64,000 nt of DNA from Vicugna vicugna (Eukaryota), in assembly GCA_013265495.1 (NCBI GenBank), contig MU058482.1, positions 344,962-408,961 on the forward strand. Direction: 5' to 3'. Numbering within the stretch: position 1 is the first letter of the stretch; each line of letters opens with the position of its first letter. Both the position numbers and the translations under genes were made by a program. The notes under the pieces are model-generated. The model ran no database searches. It was not told the origin of the DNA and was given only the letters and a program-made list of their open reading frames with translations. Below, one piece after another: positions 23,436 to 36,521 of the stretch.

Positions 23436-25282
23436 AAAATTGATAAATCTTTAGCTAGACTTAACAAGAAAAAAAAGGAGAGGAACCAAATCAATGAAAT
23501 CAGAAATGAAAAGAAGTTACAACCGATACCACAGAAATACAAAGGGTCACAAGAAACTATCACAAACAACTATATGCCAATAAAATGGACAACCTAAAAG
23601 GAATGGACAAATTCTTAGAAAGATACAAACTCCTAAGACTGAACCAGGAAGAAATTGAAAATATGAACAGATCAATTGCCAGCACTGAAATCGAATCAGT
23701 AATTTAAAAACTCCCAACAAACAAAAGTCCAGGAACAGGAGGCTTATCAGGTAAATTCTACCAAACATTTAGAGAAGAGCTAAAACCTACCTTTCTGAAA
23801 TATCCCAAAAAATTACAGAGGAAGGAACACTTCTGAACTCATTCCACAAGGCCAGCATCACCCAGATACCAAAATTAGACAAAAATATCACAAAAAAGGA
23901 AATTACAGGCCAATATCACTGATGAACATAAATACAAAAATCCTTAACAAAATATTAGCAAACCAAATCTAACAACACATTAAAAAGGATCATATACATG
24001 ACCAAGTGGGACTTATCCCAGGGATGCAAGGATTTTTCAATATCCACAAATCAATCAATGTGATAGATCACATTAACAAACTGAAGAATAAAACCATACA
24101 ATCATCTCAATAGATACAGAAAAGCTTTTGACAAAATTCAACATCCATTTATGATTTAAAAAACACTCTCCAGAAAGTGGGCATAGAGGGAACATACCTC
24201 AATATAATAAAGGCCATATATGACAAGCTGACAGTTAATATCACACTCAATGGTGAAAAGCTGAAAGCATTTCCTCTAAGATCAGGAATAAGACAAGGAT
24301 GCTCACTCTTGCCACTTCCATTCAAAATAGTGTTGAAAGTCCTAGCCACAGCAATGAGACAAGGAAAAAGAAAGAAAGAAAGAAAGAATGGTATCCAAGT
24401 TGAAAGTGAAGTAAAACTGTCACTATTTGCAGATGACATAACACTATACCTATGACATAATACTAATCCTAAAGATGCCACCAGAAAACTACTCAAGCTC
24501 ATCAATGACTTCAGTAAAGTTGCAGGGTAGAAAATTAATATACAGAAATCTGTTACACTTCTATACACTAATAATGAACTATCAGAAAAATAAATGAAGG
24601 AAATAATCCCATTTTCCACGGCATCAAAAGGAATAAATACCTAGGAATAAACCGACCTAAGGCGGTAAAAGACTTGTACTTGGAAAACTGTAAGACACTG
24701 ATGAAAGACATATATCAGGAGATACATGCACCTCAATGTTCAAAGCAGCATTATTTACAATTGCCAAGATATGGAAGCAACCTAAGTGTCCATCAGCAGA
24801 TGAATGGATAAAGAAGATGTGGTATACACACTCACACACACACAGTGGAATACTACTGAGCCATTAAAAAGGATGAAATTTTGCTATTTGTAACAATATG
24901 AATGGAATTGGAGGGTACTGTGCTAAATAAGTTAGACAAGGAAAGACAAATACTGTATGATATCACTTATATGTAGAATCTAAAAAATTAAACAAATAGT
25001 GAATATAACCAAAAAGAAACAGGCTCATAGACATAGTGAACAAACTAATAGTTAACAGTGGGGAGAAGGAAAGAGGGGACGGGTGAGATAGGGTTAGGGG
25101 ATTGAGAGGTACAATTATGTATAAAATAAATAAACTAGAAGGATATATTGTATAGTATGTGGAATATAGCCAATATTTTATAATAATTATAAATGGAGTA
25201 TAACCTTTAAAAATTGTGCATTATTATATTGTACACTTGTAACTTATATAATATCATACATATATTTCAATAAAAAAAGAAA
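23436..25282 (+). mobile_element. Degenerate L1: ORF2 reverse-transcriptase region, internal deletion near 24710, then 3' UTR and poly-A
   Basis: [35 protein letters not shown] peptide; frameshifts and stops; aataaaaaaaag end. Confidence 0.92.
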
Positions 25283-25449
25283 CAAAATATATTATGGTCC
25301 ATCTAGCATCAATAATTGAACAAGCTCTAGATACTAGGTGGCTCTGATTACATCCCAGCTCAACAAGGTCTCACCATAGGTCCTCCTTTTTTAAAAATTA
25401 AACTTAACATGCTTTATGTTACATATATCATACAAAAAAAAATCAAAAC

Positions 25450-27775
25450 TTACAGGATACAGCTAAAGCAGGGATAACAGGGAAATTTATAGCTATGCAT
25501 TAAAAAAGGAAAAAGATCTCAAATCAATTATCTTTCACTTTAAAGAATTAGGAAGAGGAGGAAAGTAAATCCAGAACAAGCAGAGAAAGAAGATAATAAA
25601 GATTAGAACAGAAATAAACAAAATAGAGAATAGAAAAACAATAGGGATAATAAAACCAACCTTTCTTTGAAAATTTTCTTTGAAAGATCACAAAATTAGC
25701 AAAACTTTAGCTAGATTGACCAAGAAAAAAAAGAGGAGACTCAAATTACTAAAACCAAGAATCAACAAGGGGACATTACTACCAACCTTTAAGAAATAAA
25801 AAGAATTATGATAGAATCCTACAAATAATTGTATGTCACCAAATTAGATAACCTTGGTGATAACTAGGTCTATTCACAGATGATGCAATTTTTTAATCTA
25901 GAAAGCCCTAAAGAATCCACTAAAAAAATTTTACTAGAATTAATGAGTTCAGTAAGGTTTCAGGGTATAAGATCAATAAATAAGAATCAATGGTATTCCC
26001 ACATACTAGCAATGAATGATCTGAAAATAAAATTAAGAAAACAATTCCATTTATAATAGCATCAAAAAATAAAACACATAGGAATAAACTTAATGAAGAA
26101 GTATAAAACTTGTACACTGAAAATTATAAAACATCATTGAAAGGAATAAAAGTATATTTAAATAAATAGACATCCCATGTTTATGGATTTGAAGACTTAA
26201 TGTTGATAAGATGGCAATACTTCCAAAATTTATGTACAGATTCAATGCAATCTCTATCAAAATTCCAGTTAGCTCCTTTTTTTTTTTTTGCAGATATGGA
26301 CAATCTGATCCTAAAGTTCATATAGAAACACAAGGGATCCAGAACAGCTAAAATAATGTTGAAAAATAACAAAGTTGGAGGACTTATATATCTTAATTTA
26401 AAAACTTACTACAAAGCTACAATAATCAAGACAGCATGGTATTGGTATAGGATATGCACATAAACCAATGAAACAGAATTGAGAGTCCAGGAAGAAATCC
26501 TTACATGTATGGTTAATTGATTTTTAACAAGCATACCAAGAAAATTCAATGGGGGAAGAACAGCTTTTTCAACAAATAGCATTGGGACAACTGGATAGAC
26601 ACATGCAAAGGAATGAAGTTGGATCATTATCTTGCAATGTATTAAAAATTAACTTAAAGTTGACCATAGACCTAAATGCTAAAACTACAAAATTCTTAGA
26701 AGAAAATATAATACCTTTGTGACCTTGGATTATGCAGTATCAGATATGACACTGTGGAGTTAGACATGGAACCAAAAGCACAAGTGACAAAAGAAAAAAT
26801 AGGTAAACTGGACTTCATCCAAATTAAAAACTTGTGCTTTAAAGGCCACTATCAAGAAAGTGAAAAGCCAACCCATAGAATGGGAAAAATATTTGCAAAT
26901 CTTACATCTGATAGGAGACATGTATCCAAAAATCACAAGTAACTCTTACAACCAACAATATAAAGGCAAACAACCCAATTAAAAAATAGGCAAAGTATCT
27001 GAGACATTTTTCCAAAGAAGATAAATAAATGGCTGAAATATATGAAAGATGTCCAATGTGATTTTTAATTAGGGATATGCAAATCAATATCACAAAAAGA
27101 AAGAATAAATTAAAAAAACAAAACATGAAATCAATGACAGTAACAACTATTGGTGAGGATATGAAGAAATTGGAACTTTCATACATTCCTAGTAGGAATA
27201 TAAAAGTGTACAACTGCTTTCAAAAATAGTTTGGGAGTTCCCCAAAATAACAAAAAATTATCATATTTCCAAGCAATTCCACTTCTAGGTATATACCTAA
27301 GAGAAATGAAAACATACGTCTACACAAAAACATATACACAGATGTTCATAGCAGCATTACTCATTATAGCCAAAGAGTGAAAATAACTCAAATAACCATC
27401 AACTGTTAAGTGTATAAATAAAATGTGGTATTATAATTCAGCAATAAAAAATGAAGTGTTAATAAATGGTACAACATGGATTAACTTTGAAAACATTATG
27501 CTAAGTGGAAAAAGCCAGACACAAAACAATCATGTATTATGTGATTCCATTTATAGAAAATGCCCAGAATAGGCAAATCCATAGAAACTTAAAGCAGACT
27601 AATGATTATCAGGGGCAGGGAGAAGGGACATGGAGAATGTTTGTATAGGGTTCATTTTAGGGGTACTTAAATGTTCTAAAATTACATAGTGGGGATGAAA
27701 GCACAACTCTGATCATAGTAAAAATTAATGAATTGTACACTTCAAAAGAGTGAATTTTACAGTATACCCCAATAT
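25450..27775 (+). mobile_element. Older degenerate L1 (ORF2 fragments + 3' UTR)
   Basis: tacagattcaatgcaatc, tactacaaagctaca, ctggacttcatc L1 ORF2 motifs; multiple deletions. Confidence 0.9.
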
Positions 27776-28799
27776 AACTATTATGTATGATCTATATGTA
27801 TTATATGCAACATATATTATATGTGTTTTATCATATAAATGTTATTATATGTCATATTTATCTCACACATATAAATGAGGTAATAAAACACATATGAACA
27901 GTTTAAATAATAATAATTAAGTATGCACACACATACACATAAGCTTAAGAAACAGAACATTACCAGGACTCTGTAATTCCTCACTTCTTCCCCTGAAGTG
28001 ACCACTATCTTGACTACTGTGTTAATAACTGACTTATATTTCTTTATAACTTTATAAAGAAAATTTAAATTATTTAATGTATTTATTACAAAGAAAACAA
28101 ATTTATTATTTCATTACATGAATATATATCAATGTATATGCATCTGATCAGTGGACATTAATGTTGTTTCCATTATGGAATGGAGTGCTGCTGGAAACAT
28201 TCTGGTATATGTCTCCTGGTACATGTATACAAAAACCTCTGCAAACTTTATACCCAGACGTAAAGTTGCGTGTTCAACTTTACTAGATAATGCTAAGCTT
28301 TTTTCCGAAGTAAATGTACCATTTATACACCCATGGACAGTATATAAAGTGCCTTATCTTTGAAATAAAATTTACAGAAGTGAAATCAAGTGAAAAGAAT
28401 TAACAGTAGCCATGAATACAATTGAAGGGTAGAAGCGTACGAACAAAGTTACAAAAATATCTTAAGGGGAGTGTAGAAGAAGCACTAGTAGGGCTGTGCC
28501 CTTTCCTTTTAAATTGCCTACCTCTGCTTAGTGAGAGGGCTTATCACATGGATAAATGGATGCGACACACTCATTTGTTCTTGGTTTTGGTGTGATGTTT
28601 GTCATGGTAGCAGTTAACTTTACTTCCTAAACCCGCACAGTAAAACTTTTATAAGACTATACAGATAAAATGTTGAGAAGCTTGAAGAAAAGAGTTGAGA
28701 GCAAAGCAGTCACTGTGCAGGCTAGCAAGATGCCCCACAATAACAGGCTGAGAGCTGTTTTCATTCTAAGAGGCATCAATCCTCAGGCACCAAATTTAC

Positions 28800-28836
28800 C
28801 TTTGGACGTTGGTATCATAGGAGATATCGAGTCCAT
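28800..28836 (-). CDS. RPGRIP1: RPGRIP1 coding exon 1, in-frame portion (MDSISPMIPTSK); ancestral-position ATG at 28885 is out of frame
   Basis: GTT AGA GAC ATG...TCC AAA G|GTAAAT aligns with recalled human VRDIDAIPLVLPASK|G; putative acceptor ctcacAG gives an exon start at 28898. Confidence 0.72.
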
Positions 28837-29559
28837 GTCTCTAACACGTCCTTGATGTACTTTCCACCAGCAGATGAGATGTCATATCAGCTCCCAAGCT
28901 GTGAGATATCCCACAGGACACAAAAATAAAGAAAAAGTTCAGCCAATTACATACAACTTCAGGATGCCTTCTGCAGTCTGTACTTGAGTTTTAGCAGGAA
29001 TCTCTCAACACTTACGTAATGGTATACGACGCATCTTAGTCTTTTTAGTAGTGGTGTGGATCACTCCATACAAAGGGCAAGACCAAGCATTCAGTAATAA
29101 TAACATTATTTATTCAAAATGAAATCAATTTTTCTGATTTTAGAATTGTTGATTTTGGATCAATTTTTAACTGTCTATTCAGCCTGGAAGCCAATGACCA
29201 TACCCTCTGACTAAGGAATGAGCTTCTGACTCCTCTCCCTACTCCACTTATAGGGATTGACCCCCCAATAACCAGTTTATACTCCATGATCCAGTTCCTA
29301 CAGTCATCGTTCATTAGACCAGGGGTAGACAACTGATCTAAGCTGGGCCAGATTCTCTTTCCCAGGCATTTGGAAATGGGGCTAAGAGTTAAATTAGCCT
29401 CTTTGGATGGCTAGAACTATTATGTAAACTTGAGAGTTCTGCGATGGCCATATTCTGCTTTGTAGCCTAAATAACTGGGGAAATCCTATCTGCTGAGTCA
29501 CCTCAAACCTTGGTCAACATTCTTTTCTTGGATTATAGTATCCAATCTCCTGGCTGTAA

Positions 29560-30745
29560 ATACTATGTGCATGTAAGTATATAAATATTGCTTCCAAAAT
29601 TTTTATTTCCAGTTCTGACCTTCATTTTTGTACAACTTCTTGTCTTCTAAACATTTCCACTTGCATGACTGCTAAATATCTCAGACTCCCTTGCTTCACA
29701 CAAGAATTTTAACTTCTCTCTCAAATCTCATCTTCCAGGCCTTCTCTGTCTCCATAAATGGCATTACCATCCTACTAGTTCCTAAAGTTTCTTTTTTTCA
29801 TTTTGCAGTTGTTTTTCCCACCTTTTAAAAATGTTAATTTTTTCAACTTAAGTATAGTCAGTTTACAATTTTGTGTCAATTTCTGGTGTACAGATAATGT
29901 TTCAGTTCCTAAAGTCTTCATTTCCTCCTTTCTGCTATCCATTAGCAAATCCTTCAGGTATCTCCTGAAAAACATATCACCCTGTTTTCAAGGTCACTAT
30001 TATAAATCAAGCCACCAGTGTCTCTTACCTCAACAACTACTACTAAAACAGCTATAATGTTTGCCTAACGCTCTCCCTGTTTCCCTCTCTCCATCCCCCT
30101 CCCATCGATTCTCCCTAAATCATCCACAGTGCTCTTTATAAAAACAACCCAGGTCATAGCATTTTCTGTTTAAAATTCTCCAACAGCTTTCCTCTACATT
30201 TAAAATAAAATCTAAACTCCTTACCGTGGTCAGTGTGGCTCTGCAGGATCTGACCTTCTTGTTTTCTCAGATCATACTTTGTATTTCTTCTCTTGCAGCA
30301 AATACCACTCTTTGACACCAGCCTCCTCTCTGCTCCTGAAACCATCAGGTTCTTCTTGCCTCAGGGCCTCTGTACATGGCTGGAATGTTCTTTCCCTTGC
30401 TCTGCACATGGCTAGTTCCTTCTTATCCTTGAGTCTCTCAGCATCTTTTCATCTGCCAAGAGGAATTTCTCTGACTTCATAACTATAATGAGCATTTCCT
30501 CAGTTATGCTCTATCATGTCACCCTGCTTATTTCACTGGTAAATAACATTCTACCATACTCAGAAACTACCTTCAGTTATTTGTACTTTTTAATTGTCTT
30601 TTCTCACTAAAATATAATGACTTCAAAAGCAGAAAATTGGTTTATCTCATTTACCTCTAGAGTTCCCAGCACTTGAACAACTCCTAGAATGTAGTAGGCA
30701 CCTAATAAATATATATTGAATAAATTATTCATTGATGAATGAATA
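29560..30745 (+). mobile_element. L2 3' fragment containing a short antisense L1 tail (29789-29903, TSD agttcctaaagt)
   Basis: L2-like CT-rich body ending gtaggcacctaataaat..tgaatgaat; TSD at 29777-29788 and 29904-29915. Confidence 0.75.
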
Positions 30746-31520
30746 CACAAATCAAGAGACAGAATAATAGTGAATGGCTAAGATGAGTTAAAAGTCCTGA
30801 AAGCTTTCTGTCCCTGATTTTGGTCTTTTCCAAGGCCTGTCTCCATCCCTGCTCTTAGGTTCTATAGGAGAGTACTATGTCCTATCCAACAAATTCCCCC
30901 TTTTGCTGAAGTTAGCTTGACTTGTCAACCGAAGAAGCTTGTTCACAAGCTTATTTTGAACAGAGAAATATAAAGAAGGTAAAAAGCATGGTAGAGAAAT
31001 TCTGTCACTGGGAGACAACATTAACATTTTGTTGATCTACTTTCCAGACAATTTAACTTGAATTGAGTCATTCGTATTCTATTCTGTAATGTTTCATTTT
31101 TTTTAAACCACCGTAAGTGGAGAGCATCTTTCCAATGATGTAATTTTAAAAGGATCTATGCAGACTTCTACATTAAGGAAGCTGATAATCACCCAAAAGT
31201 TGAAATGCTTTCACGTTAGAAATAGTCCTAGGATTAGAACAGAATGGAAGCAACCAAGGAAATCATGCTGTTTTAAAGTAAATCTTCACACTGATGTAGC
31301 TTTTGTAGGTTTGCTAGGTTACCCCATTTTCTTAGCCTCCTACTGTAGGGAAGTAAGGGAAAGGGAAGGGAGGGGTGAGTACATCATAGGCCTCATCCTC
31401 TAGACCCGTAACCATTTGCAAAAAAATGGAGCTGTAGTGGAGGAGGAGATGCTGTGGTTCTTTAATATCTGGACCCAGAAAAGACCGTTCTGGTTTATGA
31501 CCATTCCAAAATACACCACC

Positions 31521-31660
31521 ATGGAGGGGGTGGGTATAGCTCAGCGGTAAAGTGCATGCTTAGCCTCCACAAGGTCCTGAGCTCAATCGCCAGTACCTCC
31601 ATTAAAACTAACTAAATAAATAAAGTTAGATTTACCTTAAAAAAAAAAAAAAGAAATGAA
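31521..31660 (+). mobile_element. Vic-1-type SINE
   Basis: tRNA-like head, A-rich tail; TSD caaaatacaccacc at 31507-31520 and 31661-31674. Confidence 0.9.
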
Positions 31661-33437
31661 CAAAATACACCACCGAAGCTGTATAGCACTGTGGAGCAAC
31701 TGGAAAGCACCACTAAAAGTGGTCAAAGAAGCGCTAAGAATGAAATGAAGGGTACCAGAATGCCAGAAAAGAAAACTCAGGAAGGAAAGACTGTCAGAGA
31801 AAATGTGATGAAGGGACATCCAAATGCAATGAAGTGGCCAGACTGAATCTCTCAGGAAAAAAGGAGTGGAGAGTAGATGTAAGTAAGAAGAATATATCAA
31901 TTGCTTTGCCCTCAAGGAAATGAAAGACTAAAGAATTCCATTGCAGTGGTACTCAGAATTGCACTGGACTAGGGCTGTAAAGAACAACCCTCTAGTAGTG
32001 ATAGATGAATAAAGCCAGCGTGATGACATCAGGAATTAAAATTACAAAGCCAGCTCTCCTTTCTCCAATTTGACACTCACCTCGATTAAACTTGGAGCGA
32101 ATGAACTGTAAATAGTGTCTGTGGTCAAGAGCCCAGAATAAGAAAGACACGGATTCACATTCTTCTTTTGTTTTGTGACCACGGGCAAGTTACTTAAGCA
32201 CTCTGCTTAGTTTCCTTACCTGTAAAATAGGGATGAAATAGTTACCTCATATGATTATGATGAGGATCAATTGAAATAATACCTATAAAAAGCTTTCATA
32301 ATGCTTGGCACTTAGCACAGGCTCCATATGAGCTATATCATAGCTGTTTTTGTTGTTTTTGCTGAACTACTCTCTGGCCAATTGATAATTCTATTGTATT
32401 TACCAGTATAGCTTAATGATTTACATTATGATATAGATCATATATATTATATATATAACTTTCTTGTGTATTGATTATTATGAGTCAGTTCCCTATAGTA
32501 TTTATACATCATGTGTGTTCACTAGTCTGTAAGTCCTTTGGAGGATATCTTTATATATATAACACCCGAGTGCCTGATAATCTGCAGATACACAATCATT
32601 TCCAATCAATTTCTTATTATCACATTGGATTGTGGCAGAAATTATTTTCCTTTTTAGAATTGCTTGTAATAATTTTACAAGGTTTTGAACTAATTGTCCT
32701 CCACCCCCCCAAGAACACTGTGAAGTGACAGCAATGATGATGTCACTGATTTGAGTAGGAGAGAGAAAGAAGAAATAATTTAAAATCAAGTGAAACATCT
32801 GCTCAAAGGAATGTTAGTAGCATTTCCGTAGAGCATAGGAAATGATGCTGCAAAAAATATTCTGATCCTCTAAAAATTCATGGATTAAGTGGGCCTATGT
32901 GACAAAACATAAAAGTAGGGTTTTAACAATGCGAATTTAATATAGATTGGGAATTCAGGTCTTCCCATTACATAAGAAATTAACAGGCCCAATAAACAGT
33001 CAAGTTCCTGAAGAGGGGCTGCAGCTATGCTCCTTTGAGTTGAAGGTCTGGGGGAAGGAAGGGACAAAATTGTGAATAGACTCTAAAGAAAATAGTTTTG
33101 CAGCGAGTGAGGGAATTCTGAAGGAGCTGATCTTACGTAAGAGGACAGAATCAAAAGAGATGAAAGCATTGAGAAAGTAACTTGGAGACGCTATGAAGAA
33201 AAGTGTAGGCTCTGTAATTGAAGCGTCGGTTGCATGAATGCTCAGAAAAGATGACAGGAACTTCTGGAATTTGGACTGAACTTTGACCAGTATTACTGTG
33301 TGCCCATTTTGTACAGTTGCTACAAGGAGAAGAAAAATAAAGCCCTTGCTCTTAAGAAGTGAATAACTAATGAGAAGAGGAGAAATGAGAAAAGCACACT
33401 CTGAATGGTAAGGTAAGATATAAAAAGCCTGTCAAAA

Positions 33438-33595
33438 GCGGGAGAGGACAGCTCAGTGGTAGAGTGCATGCTTAGCACACACAGCATGCACGAGGTCCTG
33501 GGTTCAATCCCCAGGACCTCCATTAAAGTAACTAACTAAACAAATAAATAAATAAAACCTAATTAACCCCCTCTAAAAAAACCCCCACATTTAAA
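33438..33595 (+). mobile_element. Vic-1-type SINE with a short internal insertion
   Basis: A/B boxes and (taaa)n-cctaatta tail. Confidence 0.87.
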
Positions 33596-34332
33596 AGTCA
33601 ATCAGAGAAGAACAAAGCAAAATGAGAGTGTGAAGGAAGACTGCAATTCACACATACTTGAAGGATCAGGTAAAGCTTTATGGAGGGAGGGTTGTTGGAG
33701 TCCGGGAGGGATTTTGGCAGGTGGAGATATGGAGGAGTGGTCTATACAGCGAGGACAGTTTGAATAGAGTCAGGGATAGGCAAAGAGCAGGTAGTCTCTG
33801 ACAGCAGCAAGTAGGCATGACAAGTCTGAGAAAGAGAGCTGTGAAAATTGAAGTGAAAGGAAGCATATTTTGAAAGACCTTTCATATAAATTAGAGAAGT
33901 TGTATTCATTCCGCAGTCAATGGGTGGGAATTACACATTTTGCGCTCAAGAGCAATAGAGTTAGAGATGTGGAAGGGCTTTAGGAAGATTCACCTGGCAT
34001 TAGTGAGTTAGAGAGACTGGCAGAGAGGAGGAGCGTTCAGATGGTCCTGTGGTTCAGGCAAGTGGCCTTAAACTAGGAAGGATGGTGGCAGGGGGATGGA
34101 AGAGTGGGAAGGATCACAACGGCACCGAGGAAGGAGAGTCAAAAGATTTGCCAACTAGCTGGATGTGGGACAGAGTTAAAAGGTGACAGGATTAAAGATG
34201 ACCTAGTGATATTGTGCCTGGACACCTCAGAGACTGGCACAATCCAAAATGAATAAATTTATCACACTCTTGCCAAAAACACCCCAGGGAAAGAAACGGA
34301 AGACTATGAATGCATATTAGATATAAACTTAC

Positions 34333-34430
34333 AGTTCTTGCTTCCTCCAGAGAGCTCTCTCTAGATTCTTTTCTCCCGCTGTTCTGGTGTCCTCTAGTCC
34401 TAGAGAATCCTCTTGTCCTCCTGGCTTGCT
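34333..34430 (-). other. RPGRIP1: Candidate RPGRIP1 non-coding first exon (5' end uncertain)
   Basis: Unique, purine-rich (sense) segment ending in AAGAACT|GTAAGT at 34332-34327, ~5.4 kb upstream of the ATG exon; inference only. Confidence 0.4.
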
Positions 34431-34907
34431 AAGAGAGGAGTTAATACAGTTCTGTTTAGCTCTTAAGATGTTAACTCTTTGCAGATAAGAGCTTGATAAG
34501 AGCTTGAAGGCTGTGCTTTTTCTCTATGTGTGATGTGGCTGGAGAAAGAGGAGCTAAAACATTCTTTAACATATCAACTTTTCAACTAAAACTAAAACTG
34601 AAAACATATTTATTTGAGTTTAACATAAATTTGCTGGTGTTAGGAGAATGATCTTTAAATCTCTTTGTGAAGGGCAACAACAGTGGGAGATTTTCTGGAG
34701 CTCTGAGATCTCTTTGAAGAGAACAAACTGCTCCACTGGAGGGATCAATGTGCTTGCTCAATCCATGTGTGCCAAAACCCTCTCAAGTAAAAAAATGTAT
34801 ATATTCCATTTCACTGTGACCATAGTTTCCAAACCAAATACTGGGATGTAATCATGCAACAACAGAACTTGATATTTGAAAATTGGATGTTCTTAAAAAT
34901 TCTGCAC

Positions 34908-35018
34908 AGTAGGGTGGGTGAAGCTCAGTGGTAGAGTGCATGCTTAGTGTGTACAAGGTCCTGCTGGGTTCAATTCCCACTATCTCCATTTAAAATAAAT
35001 AAATAAATAAATAATTTA
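34908..35018 (+). mobile_element. Vic-1-type SINE
   Basis: A/B boxes, (taaa)n tail, flanking aattctgca repeats. Confidence 0.85.
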
Positions 35019-35577
35019 AAAGAATTCTGCATCCTGGTCATTGCATTCATACTATATACTAAGTAAAATATAGTCTCAATAGTTAATATGAAATCTTTCT
35101 TAAGCACACTTATTGTCTACACTGAAAAGGGATTTCCAGGGGGGTGAGCATGTGTTTAATGCCCAGCGTGACTTCCCTATGTTCTATGAAGAAAATAAAA
35201 TAAAACAAAATAAAAATCAGGGAGACAGGAAGCATAAAAATTATCCAGAACACATAAATCTCCTAGTGAAAATACAACAGCCCAACATATTGTTTTCCCA
35301 GGTCTAAGTGACAGAATTATAAAAATTGGCCTTTTCTGCACCCAAGATTTTTTCTTGCCCAAGCAATTTCTTAAGGATCTTAGGTCTTCTCTCCTCTTTT
35401 GGATGATCTAACCAGAAATGGTACTGGGCAAAATTTTGAAGTAGGCCAAGTTTGTGTTTGGTAAGTTTGTGGTCTCTTTTCTGAATCTCTGATTTTTGCT
35501 GATTTTTAAAATATTTCCTCCTACCCTTTCAGGCAACCAGTTATCTTCAGTTTATCACCCTGACATCCTCATTACAT

Positions 35578-35712
35578 TTGTTTTGTTTTGTTTTGTTGGG
35601 AGGGAATTAGGTTCATTTATTTAGTTATTTTAATGGAGGTACTGGGGATTGAACTCAGGACCTCCAGCAAGCTAAGCATGTACTCTAACCACTGAGCTAT
35701 ACTCTCCCCACC
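35578..35712 (-). mobile_element. Vic-1-type SINE
   Basis: Reverse-complement head ggattgaactcagg..actgagctatactctcccc. Confidence 0.87.
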
Positions 35713-36129
35713 CCCATCACCTTTTAGAGTGAATTTATACCATTTGAAAAATTTTTACTAGGTTTAATGTACTTCTAAATGTGGAATACAAGACTTTGTT
35801 CCATGTTAAATGAATTTCAGCCATCAAGTAGTTAGAGATAGAATAACATTTCTCTGATTTCAAAAATAATATATGTTCATGGTCGACATGAACAGAAAAA
35901 TGAAAACAAGAAAATGAAATATATCAGTAATCCTAACACCCAGAGATAACTATTGTTATCCATTTGATTTATAGGTGCATAAAGACATATAAAATATTTA
36001 AAATAAAAATATGAACACTTATTTTAGTTTTTAAATTTTATTTTTAAAAATTAAAAATTTTAGTAAAATATATATAACATAGAATTTACTCTCAATCATT
36101 TTTAAGTATAGTTTAATAGCATTAAATAT

Positions 36130-36521
36130 TGGCACAAAAACAAAATTCAACTTGAGTAAATTTTAAACATCTTATTGGTTTAATTCAGTGACTCACGAAT
36201 TAGTCAGCATCCTATCTAGCAGATAGAAAGGAACTCCGAGGAGCTGTACAAAATGAAAGACTGTCACAGGCGGAAGGGAGTGGGAGCAAGGAACTTGTAC
36301 TAGACAAAAAAATGATTGTTTATTGCAAGGTCACTTTCCTTTAGGAGATGGCAGGGGTCTATTAGGCAGATTACCTAACTAATGTGGATTAGGCAATTCC
36401 TGAGTGGTTTACGATTCCATTTTGGGGAGAGCTGCAATTGCAATGAAGTCAAGTCTTGGTTGGGTGACATAGGGCTTAGTATAAGCAACTCCATTTTGGG
36501 CCTGCTGTCTTATTTTTATCA
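36130..36521 (-). mobile_element. Probable ERV solo LTR inserted into an antisense L1 3' end
   Basis: TG...CA bounded block splitting a contiguous L1 3' UTR motif (agcattaaatat|..|attcacattgctgtacaacc). Confidence 0.6.

Noticed and set aside
24149..24619. 156-aa minus-strand ORF and the RT-like plus-strand ORF
   Set aside because: Antisense and sense fragments of a dead L1 ORF2 with frameshifts and stops; not a functional reverse transcriptase
33320..33523. Similar short ORFs MEVLGIEPRTSCML at 33523 and 63133
   Set aside because: Antisense translations of the same SINE family, not a gene family
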